Source: an uncultured Bacillota bacterium
Lineage (GTDB): Bacteria > Bacillota > Clostridia > Christensenellales > UBA1242
Length of the DNA stretch: 64,000 nucleotides
Assembly: GCA_949289785.1 (NCBI GenBank)
Contig: CASEOW010000035.1
Span: 13,851-77,850 of the forward strand
Reading direction: 5' to 3'
The translations under genes were made by a program, and so were the position numbers. The notes beneath the pieces were generated by a model, which worked only from the letters and a program-made list of their open reading frames with translations, had not been told where the DNA came from and did not search any database. Within the stretch, counting starts at the first letter, position 1, and each line of letters opens with the position of its first letter. Shown piece by piece: positions 1 to 7,728 of the stretch.

Positions 1-428
1 CAGAAAAAGATATTTTTATCTATATTAACAGTCCTGGTGGTAGTGTTTCAGCTGGATTGGCTATATATGATACTATGAAATACATTAAATGTGATGTGGC
101 TACAATATGTGTTGGTAGAGCTGCCTCAATGGGAGCATTCTTGCTTGCTGGTGGAACAAAAGGAAAAAGATTTGCTCTTCCTAATAGTGAAGTGATGATA
201 CATCAGCCACTTGGAGGAGCTCAAGGACAAGTAAGTGATATCCAGATTCAGGCAAAACATATACAATATATTAAAGAAAGAATGAATTTGATTTTAAGTG
301 AAAACACTGGAAAACCTTTAGAAATTGTAGAAAGAGATACTGATAGAGATAATTATATGACTGCACAAGAAGCAAAAGATTATGGAATAATAGATGAAAT
401 ATTTTTTTCTAGAAATAAAAAAGCATAA
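1..428 (+). CDS. clpP: ClpP, ATP-dependent Clp protease proteolytic subunit (5' end upstream of window)
   Basis: The frame is open from base 3; the ORF track starts only at an internal TTG at 57. Translation [29 protein letters not shown]...[11 protein letters not shown]...MIHQPLGG carries the ClpP catalytic Ser and His contexts. clpX follows 11 nt downstream. Confidence 0.95.
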   Translation, partial: EKDIFIYINSPGGSVSAGLAIYDTMKYIKCDVATICVGRAASMGAFLLAGGTKGKRFALPNSEVMIHQPLGGAQGQVSDIQIQAKHIQYIKERMNLILSENTGKPLEIVERDTDRDNYMTAQEAKDYGIIDEIFFSRNKKA

Positions 429-439
429 TTGGAGGCGAA

Positions 440-1702
440 ATGTCTGATAAAGAGTGTAAATGTAGTTTTTGTGGTAAAAATCAAAAAGACGCAAGAAAAA
501 TGATTGCAAGTCCGAATGGTGAAGCTTTTATTTGTGATGAATGTATAGAGATTTGCAAAGATATAGTTACTGAGTTTACACCAAAAAGTAAATTTGAAAA
601 AATTGATTTGCCTACTCCATGTGAAATAAAATCAAAACTTGATGAATATATTATTGGTCAAGATGATGTAAAAAAAGCTTTGGCAGTTGCCGTTTATAAT
701 CATTATAAAAGACTTAATTATAATTTAACTAAAATTGATGATGAAAAGAATGATGTTGAATTAGAAAAAAGTAATATTTTAATGATTGGTCCTACTGGGA
801 GTGGAAAAACTTTACTTGCTAAAACACTTGCTAAGATTTTGAAAGTACCTTTTGCTACAGCAGATGCTACGACATTAACAGAAGCTGGATATGTCGGAGA
901 TGATGTAGAAAATATACTTTTAAAACTAATTCAAAATGCAGATTATGATATTGAAAAGGCTCAAAGAGGTATTATTTACATTGATGAAATTGATAAAATT
1001 GCAAGAAAGACTCAAAATGTTTCAATTACCAGAGATGTTGCAGGGGAGGGTGTTCAACAAGCTTTATTAAAAATTTTGGAGAGCACGGTTGCTTCTGTTC
1101 CACCTCAGGGAGGGAGAAAACATCCTCATCAAGAAATGTTACAAATAGATACAACCAATATTTTGTTTATTTGTGGCGGTGCGTTTGTTGGGCTTGATAA
1201 AATTATTGAATCAAGAAAGACAGATTCTACATTAGGATTTAATGCAAATATAAAAACAAAAGAAGAAAAACAAAAAGTTAATATTGTAAAGGATATTCAA
1301 CCAGATGATTTAATTAAATTTGGTTTAATTCCTGAGTTTATTGGAAGATTACCTGTAATTGTAGGATTAGATGAACTTGACCAAGATTCATTAGTAAGAA
1401 TTTTGACTGAACCTAAAAACTCTATAATTAAACAATATGATTTGATGTTTAGAATTGATGGAATTAATATTGAATTTTCAAGAGAGGCAGTTTTTGCTAT
1501 TGCGAAAAAAGCAATGGAGCTTAAAACAGGTGCTAGGGGACTGCGAACTATAATAGAAGGTAAAATGACAAAGTTGATGTATGAAGCACCAAGTTATCAT
1601 GATATTGAAAAAATTATAGTAACAGATAAATTTATAGAACTTGAGAATTCACAACCAGAAATAATAAAAAAGAAAGTTGATGATGATAAAAAAGTCTGTT
1701 AA
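440..1702 (+). CDS. clpX: ClpX, ATP-dependent Clp protease ATP-binding subunit
   Basis: N-terminal zinc ribbon CSFCGK...CDEC, Walker A GPTGSGKT, Walker [10 protein letters not shown], and IGF-type loop region (LGF). RBS GGAGG lies upstream. Confidence 0.97.
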   Translation: MSDKECKCSFCGKNQKDARKMIASPNGEAFICDECIEICKDIVTEFTPKSKFEKIDLPTPCEIKSKLDEYIIGQDDVKKALAVAVYNHYKRLNYNLTKIDDEKNDVELEKSNILMIGPTGSGKTLLAKTLAKILKVPFATADATTLTEAGYVGDDVENILLKLIQNADYDIEKAQRGIIYIDEIDKIARKTQNVSITRDVAGEGVQQALLKILESTVASVPPQGGRKHPHQEMLQIDTTNILFICGGAFVGLDKIIESRKTDSTLGFNANIKTKEEKQKVNIVKDIQPDDLIKFGLIPEFIGRLPVIVGLDELDQDSLVRILTEPKNSIIKQYDLMFRIDGINIEFSREAVFAIAKKAMELKTGARGLRTIIEGKMTKLMYEAPSYHDIEKIIVTDKFIELENSQPEIIKKKVDDDKKVC

Positions 1703-1731
1703 AAAAAACCTTTTAATTAAAAGGTTTTTTT
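1703..1731. terminator. Bidirectional intrinsic terminator between clpX and the convergent ferritin-like gene
   Basis: AAAACCTTTT-AATT-AAAAGGTTTT hairpin flanked by an A-run and a T-run. Confidence 0.8.
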
Positions 1732-1754
1732 ATTTACATATTAAAATTACTATT

Positions 1755-2039
1755 TTAATTTCTTTGTTCGTTTCTAAATTCGTTTAATCCTTTTTCAAAT
1801 TGTGTTTTTGTTTCTGGACTTAAATAAAATAGTAACCCAAATAATTGCCCAACATGCAACATTTCTTCCATTACTATATCATGTATAGTTTCTTGTGCAC
1901 TTTCATTATTAGTTTGTTCTAAGTGAGATTCATATTGAATAATTGCCTCTAATTCTCCAATAATATCAGCTCTGCAATTTTGTATAGTAGTAAAAGTATT
2001 ATTGTTTTGGTTGTTTAATATATTAAATAAATTTTTCAT
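1755..2039 (-). CDS. Small ferritin-like protein with encapsulated-ferritin (EncFtn)-type E..Y / EExxH half-ferroxidase motifs
   Basis: GELEAIIQYESH and VMEEMLHVGQ align by eye with the ELEAxxxY and EExxH motifs of EncFtn-type proteins. The likely start is the second ATG (2039), preceded by AAAGGAG at 5-nt spacing; the ORF-track start at 2054 has no RBS. Confidence 0.6.
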   Translation of the reverse strand: MKNLFNILNNQNNNTFTTIQNCRADIIGELEAIIQYESHLEQTNNESAQETIHDIVMEEMLHVGQLFGLLFYLSPETKTQFEKGLNEFRNEQRN

Positions 2040-2199
2040 GTTTACTCCTTTCATAATTTTATATGAATTGATTTATAAAAAGTTTACTACTTTATATAGT
2101 AACTATTATATACATAATAGATACTATATATATATTTAAAAAATAAAATATTATAAAAAGGTTGCGACAAATTAAATTAAAACAAATTTTAAAAAATAC

Positions 2200-2228
2200 T
2201 TGACAAATTTCATATAAAAAAATATAAT
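2200..2228 (+). promoter_or_regulatory. Consensus sigma-A-type promoter for tRNA-Leu
   Basis: TTGACA-17 nt-TATAAT, about 18 nt upstream of the mature tRNA 5' end. Confidence 0.75.
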
Positions 2229-2246
2229 GTATAGGTAAACAAAAAT

Positions 2247-2328
2247 GCGGGCGTGGCGGAATGGCAGACGCGCTTGTTTAAGGGGCAAGTTCGAAAGAGT
2301 GTGGGTTCGACTCCCACCGCCCGCACCA
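2247..2328 (+). tRNA. tRNA-Leu (type II, long variable arm), anticodon read as AAG, CCA encoded
   Basis: Hand-folded cloverleaf. Acceptor is GCGGGCG/CGCCCGC, and the D stem is 3 bp (GCG/CGC) with GG in the loop. Anticodon stem is CTTGT/GCAAG with loop TTAAGGG. The variable arm is TTCGAAAGAGT and the T arm is GTGGG-TTCGACT-CCCAC, followed by A-CCA. Confidence 0.9.
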
Positions 2329-2340
2329 ACAAATATATAA

Positions 2341-2371
2341 AAAAGGAAATTTAATTGATTTCCTTTTTTTT
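2341..2371 (+). terminator. Intrinsic terminator after tRNA-Leu
   Basis: AAGGAAAT-TTAATTG-ATTTCCTT hairpin followed by T8. Confidence 0.8.
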
Positions 2372-2447
2372 ATATATTATTTTATTTAATTTGTATTAAA
2401 ATATGTTATAATATAAATAAAAGAATATTTTTTATAGAGGGTAATTT

Positions 2448-3083
2448 ATGAAGACAATTAAAAGTATAGATTTGTGGACTGAACAATATCCAAACCATTA
2501 CGAATGTTTTAAAGGGGCATTTATTGATGGATTTAAAAATTCAGATTTACCTTATGATTATTATAAAGTTGTAAAAAATTGTAATTGCATTATAAAAAAC
2601 AATATCGAAATTCCAATAGAAAATAAGCATAACGCAATTATTTTTTATAAAAATAAGAAACCTGTCAGACTTTTAGTAGGCTGCTATGATTCTAAAGTTG
2701 ATGATTTACTAAGAAATTCATTAGATCAAAAAGTTGGAGATAAAACTTTATATAAAATCTTTCATGAATTAAATGTAAAATTTTCTGAAATAGATTTAAA
2801 TGAAAAACCAATTTTTAACAAATATAATTCCGTGCGTGAAATAGATGCTGGTTCTTGTAATAGATTTAGTTTATTAAAGACTATGTTAAGCGGAAATTAT
2901 ACTGAAGATAATACAAATTTGGGGCACTATGATAGTGATAGGTATATTTATTTAAAAAATTTGGAAGTAACCTATAATTTAAGAATAGAAAATGAGTGTT
3001 TTAATATTACTCATGAAGGAGGTTTTATAAATGATTTAAAAACTTCTGTTATTATCTTACAAAAGAAATTTAGAGGAAATTAA
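2448..3083 (+). CDS. Hypothetical cytosolic protein (211 aa), no recognisable motif
   Basis: Long ORF with RBS AGAGGG 7 nt upstream, its own weak terminator (~3177-3197) and no TM or signal sequence. I recognise no family. Confidence 0.6.
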   Translation: MKTIKSIDLWTEQYPNHYECFKGAFIDGFKNSDLPYDYYKVVKNCNCIIKNNIEIPIENKHNAIIFYKNKKPVRLLVGCYDSKVDDLLRNSLDQKVGDKTLYKIFHELNVKFSEIDLNEKPIFNKYNSVREIDAGSCNRFSLLKTMLSGNYTEDNTNLGHYDSDRYIYLKNLEVTYNLRIENECFNITHEGGFINDLKTSVIILQKKFRGN

Positions 3084-3346
3084 ATTTTATCTTGCATACC
3101 ATTTGTTGTGTTTTAATTATTTAATTTTCTTACAATAAGATTTAGATTAATTTGTTTTTTGAGCAATAAAAAATAGAAATCAAAAGATTGATTTTTTAAA
3201 AAGTTATCTTTTAAACAGTTATAGTATTATATAGTTTATTTTTGGATAAGATTTTTAATTAAAATTATATTAAATAAATTATAAGTTCATATTGAAATTA
3301 AAGTTGAAATATGATAAAATTTCATTGGATGGAGGTATAGAGTAAT

Positions 3347-4093
3347 ATGAATTTAAATTTAAGAAAATGTGGCAATCTATATGTAAAGTTTGATGATGAA
3401 AATAATCCTTTATATGCTTTTGAAGTAGTAGGTAAGACAATAAAAAAATTTCATCCTATGTGTGATGATTTGCCAGAAACAATAATATTACCAAAACTTA
3501 AAATAAACATTAGTGATTTTTCTACACAAATAGATAATTTTAAAATGCTATATTATAATAGAATATACCAAACAAATAATAATCCGAATTCAAATCAAAG
3601 TATTATAAATTATTACATGGAACTTTATGGGACTGGTGCTTATAAATTAGCTACTGAATGTTTTAAAGGAATAAAAAAGTCTAAAATTATAGTTCCAGTT
3701 GATTATTCTATTATGATTGACTGGAATTGTTTTGATGATGATGCTGAAATTGAATTAGTTTTACCAAACGATATGACATTAAAACAAGTTTATAGAACTT
3801 TTGATACTGGTTTTGACTATGAACATGAGAATTGGACTTTAATTTCTCATAAAGATTTTAATTTCAAATCAAAAAATACCGTAGGAATAAATGTGTTAGA
3901 TTATCAACCTGAATGTTCTTATTGTAAATTTAATATTTCCAACGAAAATTTTGATGAAAGTAAAAGTAGTGGAAATATAAAAAGCAAGAAAAATGATAAA
4001 AGATATTTGCGTCAGTTAATCAACCCTGAATTGATGAATTGTAAAGCGCACAACCAATATCAACTTGAACCAGAATTTGATAAAGACATTTAA
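3347..4093 (+). CDS. Hypothetical protein (248 aa) with C-terminal CxxC...CxxH pair
   Basis: RBS GGAGGT and a TTGAAA-17-TAAAAT promoter upstream. The C-terminal PECSYCKF...MNCKAH suggests a small zinc-binding module. There is weak LRR-like periodicity in the middle (unverified). Confidence 0.6.
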   Translation: MNLNLRKCGNLYVKFDDENNPLYAFEVVGKTIKKFHPMCDDLPETIILPKLKINISDFSTQIDNFKMLYYNRIYQTNNNPNSNQSIINYYMELYGTGAYKLATECFKGIKKSKIIVPVDYSIMIDWNCFDDDAEIELVLPNDMTLKQVYRTFDTGFDYEHENWTLISHKDFNFKSKNTVGINVLDYQPECSYCKFNISNENFDESKSSGNIKSKKNDKRYLRQLINPELMNCKAHNQYQLEPEFDKDI

Positions 4094-4369
4094 TTAAGGT
4101 TTAGATTCATTTTAAACATATATAAGGTTGTTTCTATGATATAAAAAATAAACATTAATAAATAAAATTAAATGTTTATAAAAAAGACATAAATAAAATT
4201 TTAAATTAAAAAAACTTTTTATATTTTTTATTATTTTTATTTAATCTTAAACTATTATGTTATCAAAAAATAACATTTTTAATAAAAAGTTAACCTAATT
4301 TGAGTTGACTTTTTATTTTTATTGTTTCATTTTTTAACAAAATTTAAAACAAAATAAAATAATAATTAT

Positions 4370-4399
4370 TTGACAAATTTCGTCATAATATTTTATCAT
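4370..4399 (+). promoter_or_regulatory. Promoter of the GLUG-like lipoprotein gene, placing the TSS only a few nt before the ATG
   Basis: TTGACA-18 nt-TATCAT. The -10 ends ~10 nt before the ATG at 4410 and no Shine-Dalgarno sequence is present. Confidence 0.5.
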
Positions 4400-4409
4400 T
4401 TATATAGTT

Positions 4410-5378
4410 ATGATTAATATAAAATTTTTTAAGATTTGTATATTTTGTTTTTTATTATGTATATCTTTTTGTTTATATGCTTGTGAATATCAAAAAGAAA
4501 TAACTGATTCTGGTGCATCTGAAGAAGTTCAAAATGATACTATTCAAATAGATTCGTATCAAAAGCTTTTAGAAATTCAAAATAATGATTTTGAAAATAT
4601 TTCTAATATTGAACTTGTATGTGATATCGATTGTCAGGGTGGATATTGGTATGGTTTAGGAAATGAAGAAAATCCATTTGATATAGAATTTGATGGTAAT
4701 GGTTTTTCTATTAAAAATTTAACTTTAGTTAGTCAGAGCCAAAATATTGGTTTTATAAACTATGCTAAAGGTGCATATATTCATGATTTAACTTTTTCAT
4801 TTATAAGTGGACAAATTAATGTTTCAAATTCAAATTCTGGAATATTTGCAATATTGATAGATAGTAAAATTGAAAATATTCTTATTAATGATTGTAATTT
4901 TACTGTCATTGGAAGTGGAAATAATGTCGGTATAATGTGTGGATATGCAAATTTGATAAGTAATAATATACAAAATATAAAAATGTTTGGTAATTCTATA
5001 TATACATATTCAGAAGACAATGTAAGCGTAAATAACCAAGGACTATTATTTGGGTGTCTCGAATTAAAAAATGATATAAGTTTAGTTAATGTTGATTGTT
5101 CTAAAACTAATAGTATAATCACAGATTGTTTTTCAGATATGCAAATTAATTGTGGACTTATAATAGGTTGTTTAAAAACTAACTCTTTTAACATTGTAAT
5201 ACAAAATTATAATGTGTGTCAAAATATGATTATGATTAACAGTTTTTATAATACAAATTTAAAGGTGTTAATTGGATATGCAAGTGATACAAAGAAGATT
5301 ATTTTTGAGAATGGATTAGTTTATGAAAATGATGTTTTTGATGTTTGTAATGGAATTTATATAACAGAGGAGTTTTGA
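4410..5378 (+). CDS. Putative lipoprotein with GLUG-like / beta-helix repeat region (322 aa)
   Basis: Hydrophobic signal peptide ending LYAC (lipobox-like, Cys25). FDGNGFSIKNLTL...GIFA...NVGIMCG parallels the C-terminal region of the 1012-aa protein at 54732-57770 (YDGKGYKITNLT...AGLFA...AGIIAG). Confidence 0.65.
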   Translation: MINIKFFKICIFCFLLCISFCLYACEYQKEITDSGASEEVQNDTIQIDSYQKLLEIQNNDFENISNIELVCDIDCQGGYWYGLGNEENPFDIEFDGNGFSIKNLTLVSQSQNIGFINYAKGAYIHDLTFSFISGQINVSNSNSGIFAILIDSKIENILINDCNFTVIGSGNNVGIMCGYANLISNNIQNIKMFGNSIYTYSEDNVSVNNQGLLFGCLELKNDISLVNVDCSKTNSIITDCFSDMQINCGLIIGCLKTNSFNIVIQNYNVCQNMIMINSFYNTNLKVLIGYASDTKKIIFENGLVYENDVFDVCNGIYITEEF

Positions 5379-5385
5379 AAAAGTA

Positions 5386-6279
5386 TTAGAGTATTTTTTT
5401 GCTAAGTTTTTGAAAATCTTCAGGATAATCAACTTCAAAATTCATTTCTTTGTTAAGATATGGATGATAAAAAGAAATTTTTTTGCATAATAATGCTGTA
5501 TGATTTATTAATTTACTTTCATTTCCATATAGTTTATCTCCAACAAGAGGGTGGTTTATTGAAGAAAGATGAACTCTAATTTGGTGTGTTCTTCCATAAA
5601 TCAAATTTATTTCTACTAATGTCATACTATTTCCTATTTTTAATGGGTGAACACAAGTTTTTGCTGATTTTCCTTCATCTGAAATTATCCTTTTATTGAC
5701 ATTTTTTCCATTTTCGATTAATGTTTTTATTGGTTTGTTTATTTCAACATCATCTTTAATTGTTCCTTGACATATTGCATGATAACTTTTTTGAAAATTT
5801 TTTAAATCTTTTTGTGATATAGTATCTTTTGCTATCAATATAAGTCCAGCTGTTTCTTTATCAAGTCGATTTATAATTCTCAAAGTAAAGTTTTTTATCT
5901 TATTTTCCATATAATAACATATTGCACCTGCAAGATTATTGTTATAATGAGATTGAGTTGGCATTGTAGATAGATTAGATGGTTTATTTACTAGAAGATA
6001 GTATTCATCTTCATATACTATATCTAGAAGTATTATGCACTGCATAATACTTGTTTTTGTATTTGGATTTGAGTTTATAGATAAAATATCTCCAATTTTT
6101 AGTTTAGATTTCGTGTTTGAATTTACATTATTTATTTTTATATATCCACTTCTTTTTCGTAAATTTGTTATATAATTTTCAGAAAATCCTTTTTCTTTTA
6201 GAAAAAAGTAAACATATTTATAATCTTTGTCTATTATATAATTTCGATATTCCATATTTGATATTATATTCTTTTTCAT
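5386..6279 (-). CDS. RluA/RluD-family 23S rRNA pseudouridine synthase with N-terminal S4-like domain
   Basis: Motifs INRLDKETAGL (catalytic Asp) and GRTHQIRVH. Confidence 0.88.
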   Translation of the reverse strand: MKKNIISNMEYRNYIIDKDYKYVYFFLKEKGFSENYITNLRKRSGYIKINNVNSNTKSKLKIGDILSINSNPNTKTSIMQCIILLDIVYEDEYYLLVNKPSNLSTMPTQSHYNNNLAGAICYYMENKIKNFTLRIINRLDKETAGLILIAKDTISQKDLKNFQKSYHAICQGTIKDDVEINKPIKTLIENGKNVNKRIISDEGKSAKTCVHPLKIGNSMTLVEINLIYGRTHQIRVHLSSINHPLVGDKLYGNESKLINHTALLCKKISFYHPYLNKEMNFEVDYPEDFQKLSKKIL

Positions 6280-6360
6280 TTTTTATAGCAAATAATATAA
6301 AAGTTTTTAAATTATTACTTTTAAATTTTTGTTTTATGTTTATAAAAATCGTTATTTTGA

Positions 6361-6390
6361 TTGACAATTATTTACTATATTTACTATAAT
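6361..6390 (+). promoter_or_regulatory. Promoter of the pheS leader
   Basis: TTGACA-18 nt-TATAAT. Confidence 0.7.
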
Positions 6391-6396
6391 AACAAG

Positions 6397-6655
6397 AGTA
6401 AAAACGATGATAGAAGAGTAGTAATTTTTTTGATTTATTACAGAGAACTTATTGCAGCTGAGAAATAAGTATAATAGAAAAAATGAATTCGCTTCTTAGT
6501 TGTGAATTCGAAATTAATTTTAATATTAAATTAAAAGTAGTTTTCATCGTGAATCTGCGTAAATGATTTACAATAAGGATTGATTATTCAATCGAAATTA
6601 GGTGGTACCACGAAGTTCTCTTTCGTCCTAATGGCAAAGAGAACTTTTTATTTTG
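6397..6655 (+). promoter_or_regulatory. T-box riboswitch leader (Phe specifier expected) with terminator
   Basis: Conserved T-box sequence AAATTAGGTGGTACCACG at ~6595-6612. An 11-bp terminator AAGTTCTCTTT/AAAGAGAACTT plus T-run lies at ~6613-6650. An AGAGA-like box (CAGAGAAC), a GA/K-turn-like GATGA and several TTC triplets (6488, 6493, 6507) sit in the stem I region. Confidence 0.85.
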
Positions 6656-6699
6656 GTTAAATTATTAAAAATTTGATATAAATTTAAAAGGAGATTATT

Positions 6700-7728
6700 G
6701 TGAAAGAAGAGTTACTAAGTTTAGAAAAAGAAGTATCACAAAAGGTAGATGCAGTTCAAGATTTGAAAGATTTAGCAGAAATAAAGGTTTATGTTTTTGG
6801 TAAAAATGGAGTAATTACGAATTTATCAAAGGGTATGCGTGATGTTGAACCTAACCAACGCAAAGAAGTTGGAATGTTGATTAACGATTTAAGAAACAAG
6901 TTGGAAAATAAAATTCAAGAAAAAGAAAAATTGTTAGAAGAAAAGCTTCTAAATGAAAAACTCGAATCTGAAAAAATCGACATAACTCAACCTGGTAAAG
7001 ATTGCAAGGTTGGAGCGCTTCATCCAACTAGTGATGTAATTGATAAATTAACTGATATTTGCGTAAATATGGGATTTTCTGTTGTTGAAGGTCCAGAAAT
7101 AGAAACAGATTATTACAATTTCGAAGCAATGAATATTCCTAAAAATCATCCTTCAAGAGATATGCAGGACACATTTTTTATAACTAACGAAATACTTTTA
7201 AGATCTCAAACTTCAGCTGTTCAGGCAAGAGAAATGGAAAAAAGAAAACCTCCATTTAAAATAGTTTGTCCTGGAAAAACTTATAGAAATGATAGTGATG
7301 CTACTCATAGTCCTGTTTTTCATCAATTAGAAGGTTTGGTTGTTGACGAAAATATATCTATGGCTGACCTTAAATCAATGCTTTTAACATTAATGAAAAG
7401 GTTGTATGGAGAAGATACTGTAATTAGATTTAGACCTTCATTCTTTCCTTTTACTGAACCTAGTATTGAAGTAGATTTAACTTGTCCTACTTGTCATGGC
7501 AAAGGGTGCTCTATTTGTAAAGGGACTGGAATGTTAGAATTGTTAGGTGCTGGAATTGTAAATCCTAAAGTTCTTGAAATGTCAGGTATTGATAGTAAAA
7601 AATATAGAGGTTTTGCATTTGGTTTTGGTTTGGATAGAGCTGGTATGCTTTTAAATAATATTTCTAATATTAAAAGCTTATTTAAAAATGATATTAGATT
7701 TTTGGAACAAATGAAAGGAGAAAGATAA
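6700..7728 (+). CDS. pheS: Phenylalanine-tRNA ligase alpha subunit
   Basis: GTG start after AAAGGAG. Motifs FRPSFFPFTEPS and GFGLDR are present, plus the Firmicute-type CPTCHGKGCSICKGTG insert. Confidence 0.97.
   Translation: MKEELLSLEKEVSQKVDAVQDLKDLAEIKVYVFGKNGVITNLSKGMRDVEPNQRKEVGMLINDLRNKLENKIQEKEKLLEEKLLNEKLESEKIDITQPGKDCKVGALHPTSDVIDKLTDICVNMGFSVVEGPEIETDYYNFEAMNIPKNHPSRDMQDTFFITNEILLRSQTSAVQAREMEKRKPPFKIVCPGKTYRNDSDATHSPVFHQLEGLVVDENISMADLKSMLLTLMKRLYGEDTVIRFRPSFFPFTEPSIEVDLTCPTCHGKGCSICKGTGMLELLGAGIVNPKVLEMSGIDSKKYRGFAFGFGLDRAGMLLNNISNIKSLFKNDIRFLEQMKGER

Noticed and set aside
2200-4381. Shared 12-mer TTGACAAATTTC at the tRNA-Leu promoter (2200) and the lipoprotein promoter (4370).
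   Set aside because: It is a -35 hexamer plus six A/T-rich spacer bases. A chance recurrence is plausible in this composition and nothing else around the two sites is similar.
2247-5378. Possible integrative genomic island inserted at tRNA-Leu.
   Set aside because: I could see no integrase or recombinase gene, and no direct repeat of the tRNA 3' end downstream. There are also no mobility or phage genes. Only the weaker statement of an accessory islet is retained.
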